The notes beneath the pieces are model-generated. The model was given only the letters and a program-made list of their open reading frames with translations. It was not told where the DNA came from and ran no database searches. Below are positions 18,191 to 26,736 of a DNA stretch of 64,000 nt, piece after piece. The first letter of the stretch is position 1. Every line of letters begins with the position of its first letter. The DNA is from an uncultured delta proteobacterium (GTDB lineage: Bacteria > Myxococcota_A > Polyangia > Polyangiales > JAFGIB01), in contig CAVZVA010000010.1 in the NCBI GenBank assembly GCA_963778655.1, positions 256,001-320,000 of the forward strand, written 5' to 3'. The translations under genes were made by a program, and so were the position numbers.

Positions 18191-18880
18191 TCACGAGTGC
18201 ACGCCGCCGTTTTCCAGCCGGCGGCGGAACTGCGTCACATGCGCCCGCGTGGTGTCGCTCATCGAAAGCGGCGGCTCCTCGCCGGCGTACTCGAGCAGGC
18301 GGCGCAGGTATGCGTGCTTGGTACGCACACCCGTTCGCCGGCGGAGCTCGTCCTGGTATTCCTGAATCGTGTGACGGCTCAGGCCCATCGCGTCCGCGAT
18401 CTCCTGGTCCGAATACGACCACAGGTTGAAGTACAGCAGCCGCGAGAGCTGCCGCGGCAGGTTCCACAGCTTGCTCGCGTTGGCGGCCAGCCGCCGCATG
18501 CTGGGCACCGCCAGGTTGGTCGCGTTCTTCAGCCTGAACAGGAAGTCAGCCTCGGTTGCCGATCGCGACACGAAGTCCGCGCGCAAGGCCGAGACCGCGT
18601 CCAGCATCTCCTGGTCGGCGCGCTCGCTGACCACCAGCAGCCCGCACGATCGTGGAAGGTCGCGGGCCAGCTCCGCCCATCCAGTGCCCGGCCAATCGGC
18701 ATCGAGCACGATGGCGTCGACCGCATTCGCGTCTTCCACGGTCGCCGCGCGCGCGTCGTCGCCGCGCTCGAAGCGCGTCACGCGCGCTCCCGCGGCGGAC
18801 AACCACCCAAGCTGGGGGGACTTGGAGTCGCCCACGTAGAGCACGCCCATCGATTTCAACCAGCCCTCGTAATGGCTCAC
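18191..18880 (-). CDS. Atypical receiver + LuxR-type HTH regulator
   Basis: GGGAGG RBS before GTG 18880; receiver-like AIVLD..LLVVS..DFVSR; HTH YSDQEIADAMGLSRHTIQEYQDELRRRTGV. Confidence 0.75.
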   Translation of the reverse strand: MSHYEGWLKSMGVLYVGDSKSPQLGWLSAAGARVTRFERGDDARAATVEDANAVDAIVLDADWPGTGWAELARDLPRSCGLLVVSERADQEMLDAVSALRADFVSRSATEADFLFRLKNATNLAVPSMRRLAANASKLWNLPRQLSRLLYFNLWSYSDQEIADAMGLSRHTIQEYQDELRRRTGVRTKHAYLRRLLEYAGEEPPLSMSDTTRAHVTQFRRRLENGGVHS

Positions 18881-19154
18881 GTCTCTACCTCCCTGCACTT
18901 ACAACTACATATAGCCGTACCAGGAGGGCAATTGAGCCGTCAAGCTGGGGGCCGCACAGGCCCATATCCCCGTCGGAGGGGGGGCCCCATCATTGGGGCC
19001 AAGCTGGCGGGAAGACTCGTTGTTCATGTTCTCGTAAGACGCCAGCCCGGCCGCTGGCTGGCCGCTAGAGCCCCCCGGCGCGCCTCGTGGCCCCGCGCGC
19101 ACGGGGTCACGAGCACACCCCGAACGCGCGTGGGCAGCGCGCGGTCGCGCGCGT

Positions 19155-20591
19155 TCACGCGTCGTGCGGCAGGCTTCCGCGCGGCGCGCGCAGGTACCCG
19201 AACGGCGTGAGGTACAACAGGTTCGAGACGCGCGAGGTGTACACGTCCGCGTGGCGCTCGATCTGGCGCGCGAGCCGACTCTTGTCGTTGCCGGCGCGCA
19301 TCAGCGGTCCCCAGCGCGCGTTGCCGATCTCGCCTGCCGCCTTGGCCAGCGCCGTCACGCGCGGGTCCAGCGCGCCGAGCTCGGTGCGCAGCTCGCGCAG
19401 TCGCTCCTGCGCCCCGCGCAGCTCGAGCGGCAGCGGTGGCGCATAGCCGAGCTGCACGCGCTGTAGACACAGCCGCAGCTGCGCCTGCTCGCGCTCGAGC
19501 CGCTGCTTGTCGGCCATCAGCCGCCGCAGCTCGGCGTGGCTGGACGCGAAGGCCTGCTCCGCGGCCACCTCGTGCTCGAGCTCGCGCAGCACCAGCGCCG
19601 TGCGCCAGCGCCGGATCTGGCTCGAGACGTGCACGTCCGCGTAGACGTGATCGCCCACGTACAGGATCTCCTCGCCGTCGAGCCCGAACGCTTGCTCGAG
19701 CAGCCGCGCGTGACCACCGAGATAGGCGCGGCCCGGCTCCAGCTTGTCGGGCGAGGGGCGCAGCAGGCCGCTCTCGTCGACCACCTCATAGAGCGGCGCG
19801 CGCCCCTCGAAGAAGCCGGGCTTGCCGGCCTGCACGATGACCACGTCGAACAGCTCGCGCCAGCGCATCCCCGCGGGCAGGAAGCGATCGAAGCCGTAGC
19901 TCATCATCGCGACCGTGTAGCTCCACTCCGAATTGGTCACCAGCAGCAGGCGCTTGCCCGCGTGCTTGAGGTCGAGCAGCGCGACCGGCAGCTCTGGATC
20001 GAGCGTGACGAAACGCTCCGGGTCGGCCGCAACCTCGGCCTTGAGCTCGCCTTCGAGGTGCGCGGCGTTCATGGTGTCGCGCACCACCCGGTACAGGCCG
20101 GCGTAGCCGAGCGCTCCAGCGGCCTCGCCCGCGCCCCGATCCACCAGGTCGACCAGCTGCGCGTACAGGCACACCTCGGAGAGCGAAAACAGCGTGTTGA
20201 GGAATACCCAGCGCGACTCGCTCAGGTCGACCCAGACCTGCGAATACGTCCGGCGTTGCTCCTCGTGCGTGAGCATGCGGGTACCGTGCGAGGCCCGCGT
20301 GACGTAGCCGAAACGGTTCGCCTTGAGCACGTTGCCCAGCTCGACGTCGAGGATCAGCCCGCGGGTGAACAGCTGCGGCTCGAAGCCCGGCCCCCCCAAC
20401 GCGAATCCACGCGCCGCCAGGCGCTGGCGCACGTGCTCGTAGGCCCGACGCTCCCACGCCTCGGCGTCGTAGTCGATCAGCGTGTAATCCATGTCGCAAC
20501 CGACCGCGCGAATCGAGCGCATGTTCAGCGTGCGATTGCAGAACACGCCCCGGCCAGCGCCCGGATCCACGTAGCTACGGCTGCTGCCCAC
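19155..20591 (-). CDS. HAD-IG family 5'-nucleotidase
   Basis: VFCNRTLNM, GCDMDYTL, VTNS, AGKPGFF, YVGDHVYADV, ADVYTSRVSN motifs; start (GTG 20591) inferred. Confidence 0.92.
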   Translation of the reverse strand: MGSSRSYVDPGAGRGVFCNRTLNMRSIRAVGCDMDYTLIDYDAEAWERRAYEHVRQRLAARGFALGGPGFEPQLFTRGLILDVELGNVLKANRFGYVTRASHGTRMLTHEEQRRTYSQVWVDLSESRWVFLNTLFSLSEVCLYAQLVDLVDRGAGEAAGALGYAGLYRVVRDTMNAAHLEGELKAEVAADPERFVTLDPELPVALLDLKHAGKRLLLVTNSEWSYTVAMMSYGFDRFLPAGMRWRELFDVVIVQAGKPGFFEGRAPLYEVVDESGLLRPSPDKLEPGRAYLGGHARLLEQAFGLDGEEILYVGDHVYADVHVSSQIRRWRTALVLRELEHEVAAEQAFASSHAELRRLMADKQRLEREQAQLRLCLQRVQLGYAPPLPLELRGAQERLRELRTELGALDPRVTALAKAAGEIGNARWGPLMRAGNDKSRLARQIERHADVYTSRVSNLLYLTPFGYLRAPRGSLPHDA

Positions 20592-20878
20592 GGCCGCGGT
20601 TGTAGCAGTCTTTGGCTTCGGGCGGACCTCGTCCGGCCGGAGCCGCACACGGGCCGGGCAGCGGCCGCACGCCGGCCCATTCGCGTCGGACCTGCACCCG
20701 GCCGCGCGCTGGAGCGTACCCGCCACGCGGCCCGGTCGGTTCACACAGCGTTCGGGGGCGGCGCTCGACCCGGACCCGCGCGCCCGAAGGGGGCGGCGCA
20801 AAGTTCTTTGCTTCGGCGCTTTGAGTCGGCTGCGACGCGCTGTACCATCGACGCAAACCGAGCAGGAAGAGCACAGGC

Positions 20879-21487
20879 ATGGCGACCAAGAAGAAGGCTG
20901 CAAAGACGAAGTCGGCAAAGAAGTCGGCAAAGCCCGCGGCGGCCAAGAAGAAGGCCAAGAAGGCGAAGAAGGCTGCGCCGAAGAAGGCCAAGAAGGCCGC
21001 GCCCAAGAGAGCCAAGAAAGCTGCGCCCAAGAAGGCTGCGCCCAAGAGAGCCAAGAAGGCTGCGCCCAAGAGAGCCAAGAAAGCTGCGCCCAAGAAGGCT
21101 GCGCCCAAGAGAGCCAAGAAGGCCGCGCCCAAGAAAGCTGCGCCCAAGAAGGCTGCGCCCAAGAAGGCCGCGCCCAAGAAGGCCGCGCCCAAGAAGGCCG
21201 CGCCCAAAGCTCCGACTGCCAAGCCGAAGGCTGCGCCCAAGCCGAAGCCCGCGGCCAAGCCGCAGACCAACGGCAGGGAAGCCAGCCCGTTGCTCATCGC
21301 GCCGGCGGTGAACGTACCGGCGCGGCCCGCAATCATGCCGATGGACGAGCCCGGTGACGACATGGCGCTCGACGAGCTCGGGCTCGACGACGGCCCCGAG
21401 CTCGGCACCGAGCCCGAGCTCGACGACGACGTGCTCGACGACGACATGTCGCCCGAGGAAGACTCGATCGAGCCCGAAGACTGGTAG
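20879..21487 (+). CDS. Histone H1-like Lys/Ala/Pro-repeat protein with acidic C-terminal tail
   Basis: About 13 KKAAP units encoded by 15- and 24-bp tandem repeats (about 20966-21205); D/E-rich last 50 aa or so. Confidence 0.85.
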   Translation: MATKKKAAKTKSAKKSAKPAAAKKKAKKAKKAAPKKAKKAAPKRAKKAAPKKAAPKRAKKAAPKRAKKAAPKKAAPKRAKKAAPKKAAPKKAAPKKAAPKKAAPKKAAPKAPTAKPKAAPKPKPAAKPQTNGREASPLLIAPAVNVPARPAIMPMDEPGDDMALDELGLDDGPELGTEPELDDDVLDDDMSPEEDSIEPEDW

Positions 21488-21519
21488 CCCCACCGCGGGC
21501 GCCGGCGGTTGAGCAGACC

Positions 21520-21542
21520 CAGCAAGACGGGAAGACGCGAAG
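21520..21542 (+). repeat. GGGAAG-type intergenic repeat, single arm
   Basis: CAGCAAGACGGGAAGACGCGAAG matches the arms of the 37231-37295 hairpin. Confidence 0.55.
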
Positions 21543-21726
21543 AAACCCGTCCAAGCTTCCCGCTGAATCTCGAAGGCGAGCTGTTGCGCGCACTGGCACG
21601 CGTAGCTTGCGTTCAGAAGTGCTCAGGAGCGAGCGCGCCGGCAGGACCGGACCGAGGCGTACTGCTTGTACGCCGCAGGGCCGGGCCGAGGACACAAAGC
21701 CGCTCCTGGACGCTTCTGAACGCAAG

Positions 21727-22086
21727 TTAGTCGCGGTGGACCGTGGCGGGGCTGAAGGCGGGCAAGCACACCGCCAGGTAGCGCGCGCCTTCGGGCGTGC
21801 TGTAGCGCACCCACTCGCCGGGACGGGCATGCACCGCCTGGCCCGCGCGCACCAGCATGCTTCCGCCCTCATGCTCGACCTGCAGCGCGCCCTCGAGCAC
21901 GACCGTGTACTCGTCGAACTCGGGGCGCTGGCCGGGCTCGACCCAGCCGGCCGGGCTGTTCATCAAGGCGATGCTCACGCCCTGGTCGCCGCTGTTGACG
22001 CGCCCGATCAGCTCGTCGATCGCCTTGGGCTTGGTTCCGGCCGCTTGTACCCGCGTGGGCTTCTCGATCAAGCGTGGCATGTGCAT
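21727..22086 (-). CDS. Cupin domain protein (EutQ-like)
   Basis: GWVEPGQRPEFDEYTVVLEG..GEWVRYSTP..CLPAFSP; start 22086 or 22080. Confidence 0.88.
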   Translation of the reverse strand: MHMPRLIEKPTRVQAAGTKPKAIDELIGRVNSGDQGVSIALMNSPAGWVEPGQRPEFDEYTVVLEGALQVEHEGGSMLVRAGQAVHARPGEWVRYSTPEGARYLAVCLPAFSPATVHRD

Positions 22087-22117
22087 TGCTCGCTTTCGAC
22101 GCGGCAAGATACCAAGC

Positions 22118-22795
22118 TCACGCCCGACCGTACACCGGCAGCAGGGCACCGCTGGTCAGGCTGTTGTCGGTGCCGGCGAGAAACGCGATCGCCTCGGCAA
22201 CCTGATCGAGCTTGGGCCAGCGCCCGAAGTCGACGTCGGGCATCGCCCGGCGGTTGGCGGGCGTGTCCATGGTGGAAGGGACCACCGCGTTGACCAGGAT
22301 GCCGTCGGCGAGCACCTCACTCGCGAGCGCGCGGGTCAGCGCCGCGACCGCGGCCTTGGCCGTGCCGTAGGCGACCATGCCGGCGGCCGGCTCGAGCGCG
22401 GGGCGTGCCGCCACGTTGACGATGCGGCCTCCGCCCGGACGCATGCGCGCGATCGCCTCGCGACAGCACAGGAACGCGGTCACGGCATTCATGCGCAGCA
22501 TCGCCTCGAAGCCCGCGAGCGAGGTCGCGCTGATCTCCGCCTTGGCGAAGCCACCCACCAGGTGGATCGAGGCGTCGAGCTTGGGCAGGCCGGCGTAGAA
22601 CGCGCGCACCTCGGCCTCATCGCCGCAGTCGACGCGTTGCAACGTCACCTCCCCGGCGTGTGCGAAGCGCGTGCGCTCGCGCTCCTCGACGTAGGTCACG
22701 TGACAGCGCGCGCCGTCGCGCAGCAGCCGCGCGACCACCGCGCTGCCCAACGCGCCGGTCCCGCCCGTCACCACGATGTGTCTGGCCTCGGCCAT
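22118..22795 (-). CDS. Short-chain dehydrogenase/reductase
   Basis: VTGGTGALG Rossmann motif; YGTAK catalytic YxxxK; VNAVVPSTMDTP. Confidence 0.93.
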   Translation of the reverse strand: MAEARHIVVTGGTGALGSAVVARLLRDGARCHVTYVEERERTRFAHAGEVTLQRVDCGDEAEVRAFYAGLPKLDASIHLVGGFAKAEISATSLAGFEAMLRMNAVTAFLCCREAIARMRPGGGRIVNVAARPALEPAAGMVAYGTAKAAVAALTRALASEVLADGILVNAVVPSTMDTPANRRAMPDVDFGRWPKLDQVAEAIAFLAGTDNSLTSGALLPVYGRA

Positions 22796-22802
22796 CGCCG
22801 TC

Positions 22803-23657
22803 TCAACCCAGCGCCTCGGCAGCGCGCGCGCAGTGCTCCCGGACGGCCTGGTGCAGCGCGCCGCGATCCGGCCCGTGGCGCAGCACATCGCGCGATGAGG
22901 CCGGCAGCACGCGCGCGGCCGCGCCGCCGAAACGTGCGGCGACTTGCTCGAAGGTCCCGCCCTGCGCGCCGAGCCCGGGCACCAGCAGCAGGCTGCGCGG
23001 CAGCCGCGACGCGATCTCGGTTGCGCCCTCCGCGGTCAGCCCGACCACCGCGCCGGCCGGACCCACCTCCTCGGTAGAGGCTTCCGCGTTGTGCGCGGTG
23101 ATCTCCGCGCACAACTGCTGGGCCACGCTCACGCCTTCGGACACCTGGGCGTTCTGGATCGCACGGCCCTCGGGGTTGGAGGAGAGCACCACCGCGAACA
23201 CCGCGCAGCCGGTCTGCTGGGCACGGCTGAGGAAGGGCTCGAGCGCACCGAAACCGAGGTAGGGATGGACCGTGATCGCATCGGCGCCGAGCGCGCTGTC
23301 GGGCCCGAGCAACGCGCTCGCGTATGCGGCGTTTGTCGCCCCGATGTCGCCGCGTTTGACGTCCAGCAGCGCCAGGCTGCCGAGCGCGTGGATCGAGCCG
23401 ATGATGTCCGATAGCACCTCGAAGCCGGCGGCACCGAAGCGCTCGAAATATGCCGATTGGGGCTTGATCACGCTGACCTGCTGGGCGGCTGCGTCGATCA
23501 CGCGGTTGCAGAAGTCGCGCAGGCCCCAGATGTCGTCCTTGGAGCCGAAGCTCGCGAGCAGCTCGGGGCTGGGGTCGAGCCCGAGACAGAACGGGCCGCG
23601 CCGCGCGCGTAGCGCGGCGAAGCGCCGGGCAAAGCTGGTAGGCCGAGCCGTGGTCAT
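22803..23657 (-). CDS. pyrF: Orotidine-5'-phosphate decarboxylase
   Basis: CLGLDP, IKPQSAYFE, LDVKRGDIGAT, TVHPYLG, LVPGLGAQGG, SSR motifs. Confidence 0.95.
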   Translation of the reverse strand: MTTARPTSFARRFAALRARRGPFCLGLDPSPELLASFGSKDDIWGLRDFCNRVIDAAAQQVSVIKPQSAYFERFGAAGFEVLSDIIGSIHALGSLALLDVKRGDIGATNAAYASALLGPDSALGADAITVHPYLGFGALEPFLSRAQQTGCAVFAVVLSSNPEGRAIQNAQVSEGVSVAQQLCAEITAHNAEASTEEVGPAGAVVGLTAEGATEIASRLPRSLLLVPGLGAQGGTFEQVAARFGGAAARVLPASSRDVLRHGPDRGALHQAVREHCARAAEALG

Positions 23658-23930
23658 GCTCGCTGGCTCATAGGACGTGAGCCGGGCCGGAGTCAACGCG
23701 ATACCGCGCTCGGGCGGAGAGCCGATCGAGCCCGCGATGACAGGTCCGGCCGGGGCCGGCGAGCGGCCGGGCCAACGCAAAAAGCAGCTGCCGGCCCTGG
23801 CGCACGTCCGCCGCCGCCGCAGCTCTTGCGCGGCCACCTCCCGCCGGGCCTCGATACGCCCGCAAGCAGGGACATTCTTTGAACCCGGGACCGCGGTAGG
23901 CTATGCTGCAGCCGCCCCCGGGAGGCCTCG

Positions 23931-24125
23931 ATGAGCACGGACAAGCGCAAGCAGAGCCTGTATTTTCCGGAGACGATGCTGAAAGAGATCCAGCGCGAAG
24001 CCGACCGGCTCGATCGCTCCCTCTCGTGGATCGTGCAGCGATGCATCCGCGTCGGGTTGCCCGAGCTGCGCAAGCTGCCGTCGACGGACTCGCCCGCGGT
24101 GCCTACGCCCGAGCCCGAAGCCTGA
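23931..24125 (+). CDS. TIGR04563-like small myxobacterial protein (predicted ribbon-helix-helix)
   Basis: DKRKQSLYFPETMLKEIQREADRLDRSLSWIVQ signature; GGAGG RBS. Confidence 0.9.
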   Translation: MSTDKRKQSLYFPETMLKEIQREADRLDRSLSWIVQRCIRVGLPELRKLPSTDSPAVPTPEPEA

Positions 24126-24160
24126 GCGCTCCGCCAGTCGAAGCGGGGTGACGCGGCCGC

Positions 24161-24886
24161 TCACTGATAGGTGAAGCGCAGCTCGTAGTCGCACATGCGG
24201 AAGGTGTCGCCTTCCTCGATGTGCTTGCTGTCGAAGCGCCGCCCCTGGTACTCGATGCCGTTGGTGCTGCCGAGATCCTTCATGTAGTAGGCGCCGTTAT
24301 GGAACACGACGGCGGCGTGACGACGCGAGATGTTGCCGTCCTTGATCGCCAGATCGGCGCTCTTGGAGCCTCGGCCGATGATGAACTCGTCCTTGGTCAC
24401 CGGGATCTTCTGGCCATTGAAGATCACGTAGAGTTGCGCGCGCGAAGGCATCTGGGGAGCAACCGCGCGGCCGGCGCCGGGCAGCGGCGGCGGCATCGAG
24501 GCGGCGCTCTGGCGCGTCACGCGCGGCGGCGGCGGCATGGATGCGGGCAGGCGTGCGCCGAGTCCGGGCATCGAGGGGCGCGAAGGGCGCGGAGGCGGCA
24601 GCGGTCCGGACGGACGCGCCGGCAGGCTCTCGCGCAGGGAGGGGATGGTGCCGCTGGGGTTGCCTCCGCCCATCCCCATGTGGCTCGGCGGCGGCTGCGT
24701 GGAGGCGGCGTTGCCGCGGCGACTGGTGCCGTAGTTGCGCGAGCGCGCGTACTGGCGCATGGCCTCGTTGATCAGATAGTCGGTCGAACACTCGAGCTCA
24801 GCGCTCATCTGCTCGAAGATGTCCCACAGGTAATCCCGACACTGGAAGTGCCGGAGGGTTTTCTTGTTCTGATCCTGCGTCGTCAT
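24161..24886 (-). CDS. FHA-domain protein with N-terminal RHH-like segment and Pro-rich linker
   Basis: FHA motifs IIGR, ISRRHA, DLGSTNG; N-terminus RHFQCRDYLWDIFEQMSAELECSTDYLINEAMRQY. Confidence 0.88.
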   Translation of the reverse strand: MTTQDQNKKTLRHFQCRDYLWDIFEQMSAELECSTDYLINEAMRQYARSRNYGTSRRGNAASTQPPPSHMGMGGGNPSGTIPSLRESLPARPSGPLPPPRPSRPSMPGLGARLPASMPPPPRVTRQSAASMPPPLPGAGRAVAPQMPSRAQLYVIFNGQKIPVTKDEFIIGRGSKSADLAIKDGNISRRHAAVVFHNGAYYMKDLGSTNGIEYQGRRFDSKHIEEGDTFRMCDYELRFTYQ

Positions 24887-24975
24887 GGTGGTCACGCTAC
24901 TGCATCGGCTGCGGGGGTGGCTTCGCTCCGTTTGCCCAGACTTGGCTCATGTGCAACTGCGCCGGCCTCGAGGCT

Positions 24976-26460
24976 TCAGCCCTGGGGTTTGCCCAGACGC
25001 TCTCGTAACCCGTCGATCGCTTGCTTCGCAACCTGGCCGACGGTCGTGCCCGGTGCCCAGTTCTTGCCCTTGACGGCGGTCTTGTCCTGAAGGAGCCGAC
25101 TCATCTGCGCGATGTCGGCGTCGGTGCCCTTGCGCTGGAAGAAGCGCAGCGCGATCACCCTGTCCCACCAGTTGGGGGAGCTGAGCTCCGACCTGGCGAT
25201 CGCGGTGGGCAGCGGAATCATCTGACCCATCCGTCCGGCGTAGCCTTCGAGCTCCTCGGGCTCGTAGCGTACATCCGCCCCCCGCGGCAGCTTGGCGAAG
25301 AACTCCGAGAGCACCCCGCTGCCCCCGATCGCCAGCACCAGCTCGCCCGCGCGCCAGCGCTCGCGCTGCTTGGCGGCGTCCTGTACCAGCGGCCACATCG
25401 GCGGGATCGCCTTGGGACTGCGGATGTCGCCCACGCGGTCGAATGCGTAGTCCTGGACCGAGGCCGGCGAGCTGGGGTCGAGGGCCAGCGCGAGCAGCGG
25501 CTGCAGCTGGCTCTCGTTGACCTTGCCCTCGAGGGCCTGCAGCGCGCGCGTGCGCCGCTCGGTCAGTGCGGGGTTCTTGTCGGAGGCGATCGCCAGCAGC
25601 CGCGCGCCGACCTCCGGTTGATCGGCTAGGTAGGCCATCGCCGGAATCGCCCCGTCGTCGATGAACTTCTCGCGGTTGAGCTCGGCTGTCTTTTCGATGC
25701 GGGCGGCGTCGCCGGCCCCGCCCGCGCTGCCGAGCTGCTTGGCGATCTCGCCCTTCAGCCAGTTGAGAAAGTCGGGACCGCGCATCTCGGCTTCGATCGC
25801 CACCAGCTTCTGCCCGGCGCGCTGCTTGGCGTCGGCATCGCCGAGCTGGCCGATCAGCTCCGCGAGCTTGGCCAGCGCCTGCTGCGGCAAGCGCGCCGAC
25901 AGCCCGTCGACCAGCATCTTGGCCGCGGGCGAGCCGAGCGCGCGCACCACCTGCTCGGCGCTGTAATTGCCTGACAAGCTGCGGCCGTTGAAGTCAGCCA
26001 TGTACCAGTGCATCACGGCTTCGGTCAGCGCCTTGCGGCTGTCGGGCGAGGCGTCGGCGATCAGCGCAAACGCCGCGTCCTTGGCGCGGACCTGGCGCGC
26101 GGGCGGGCCATCGCTCGGATTGGAGGTCGGGTCCGGGGCCTGCATCTGCTTGATCAGCCCCGGCACCAGCGCGGCGATCATCTTGTCGCGCGTGGCGGAG
26201 TCGACCTTTTGAATCGCGTCGAGCAGCTCGGCGACGCCATCGACGTCGTGGCGGTCCATGTCCACCAGCCCGAGCGCCGCATAGGCCCGTAGATCGAGGT
26301 CGTATTTGTCGGCCAGCATGACCGCGACCATCTTGCCCGGGCCCTTGACGGTGCCCTTCCAGGTGTCGACGTCGCTCTGACTGACCTTGCAGCCGGCGGC
26401 CGCGATGGCGGCGAGGAGCACGGGTCCGAAGATGAATTTGCGCAGCCGAGGTGGTCGCAT
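24976..26460 (-). CDS. Alpha-helical (HEAT-like) lipoprotein
   Basis: Lipobox AAAGC; helical repeats; GGGAGGG RBS. Confidence 0.8.
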   Translation of the reverse strand: MRPPRLRKFIFGPVLLAAIAAAGCKVSQSDVDTWKGTVKGPGKMVAVMLADKYDLDLRAYAALGLVDMDRHDVDGVAELLDAIQKVDSATRDKMIAALVPGLIKQMQAPDPTSNPSDGPPARQVRAKDAAFALIADASPDSRKALTEAVMHWYMADFNGRSLSGNYSAEQVVRALGSPAAKMLVDGLSARLPQQALAKLAELIGQLGDADAKQRAGQKLVAIEAEMRGPDFLNWLKGEIAKQLGSAGGAGDAARIEKTAELNREKFIDDGAIPAMAYLADQPEVGARLLAIASDKNPALTERRTRALQALEGKVNESQLQPLLALALDPSSPASVQDYAFDRVGDIRSPKAIPPMWPLVQDAAKQRERWRAGELVLAIGGSGVLSEFFAKLPRGADVRYEPEELEGYAGRMGQMIPLPTAIARSELSSPNWWDRVIALRFFQRKGTDADIAQMSRLLQDKTAVKGKNWAPGTTVGQVAKQAIDGLRERLGKPQG

Positions 26461-26736
26461 CGCCCCTCCCCACGCAGGCTGGTCCGGCTCGTGGTGCAGC
26501 CCCGTGAAGGTGTCCTAGTCGCCTACATTGAACCGTGCCGTTTGGCCCTGACGATACTAGAGAATTCCGCAGTGCAATCAAGCGCGAGCACGCCTGGCTC
26601 GACGTTCTGCGGCCATCCGAGGCCGAAGCGGGCGCAAGCGGACGCCGGGACTGCCGAAAATCCCCGCGCCTGGCATCAACTTGGCCGAATTGTTGACGAT
26701 TTCGAAGCGCTCTCGGTAGCCTGTGAGTGGGCACAC

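Noticed and set aside
20966..21205. Tandem repeats as a possible CRISPR array
   Set aside because: In-frame 15/24-bp coding repeats without unique spacers; no cas genes in the window
26671..26685. Possible sigma54 promoter TGGCATCAACTTGGC upstream of ftsK
   Set aside because: Spacing fits but the match is weak and a TAGCCT -10-like box lies closer to the gene; insufficient support
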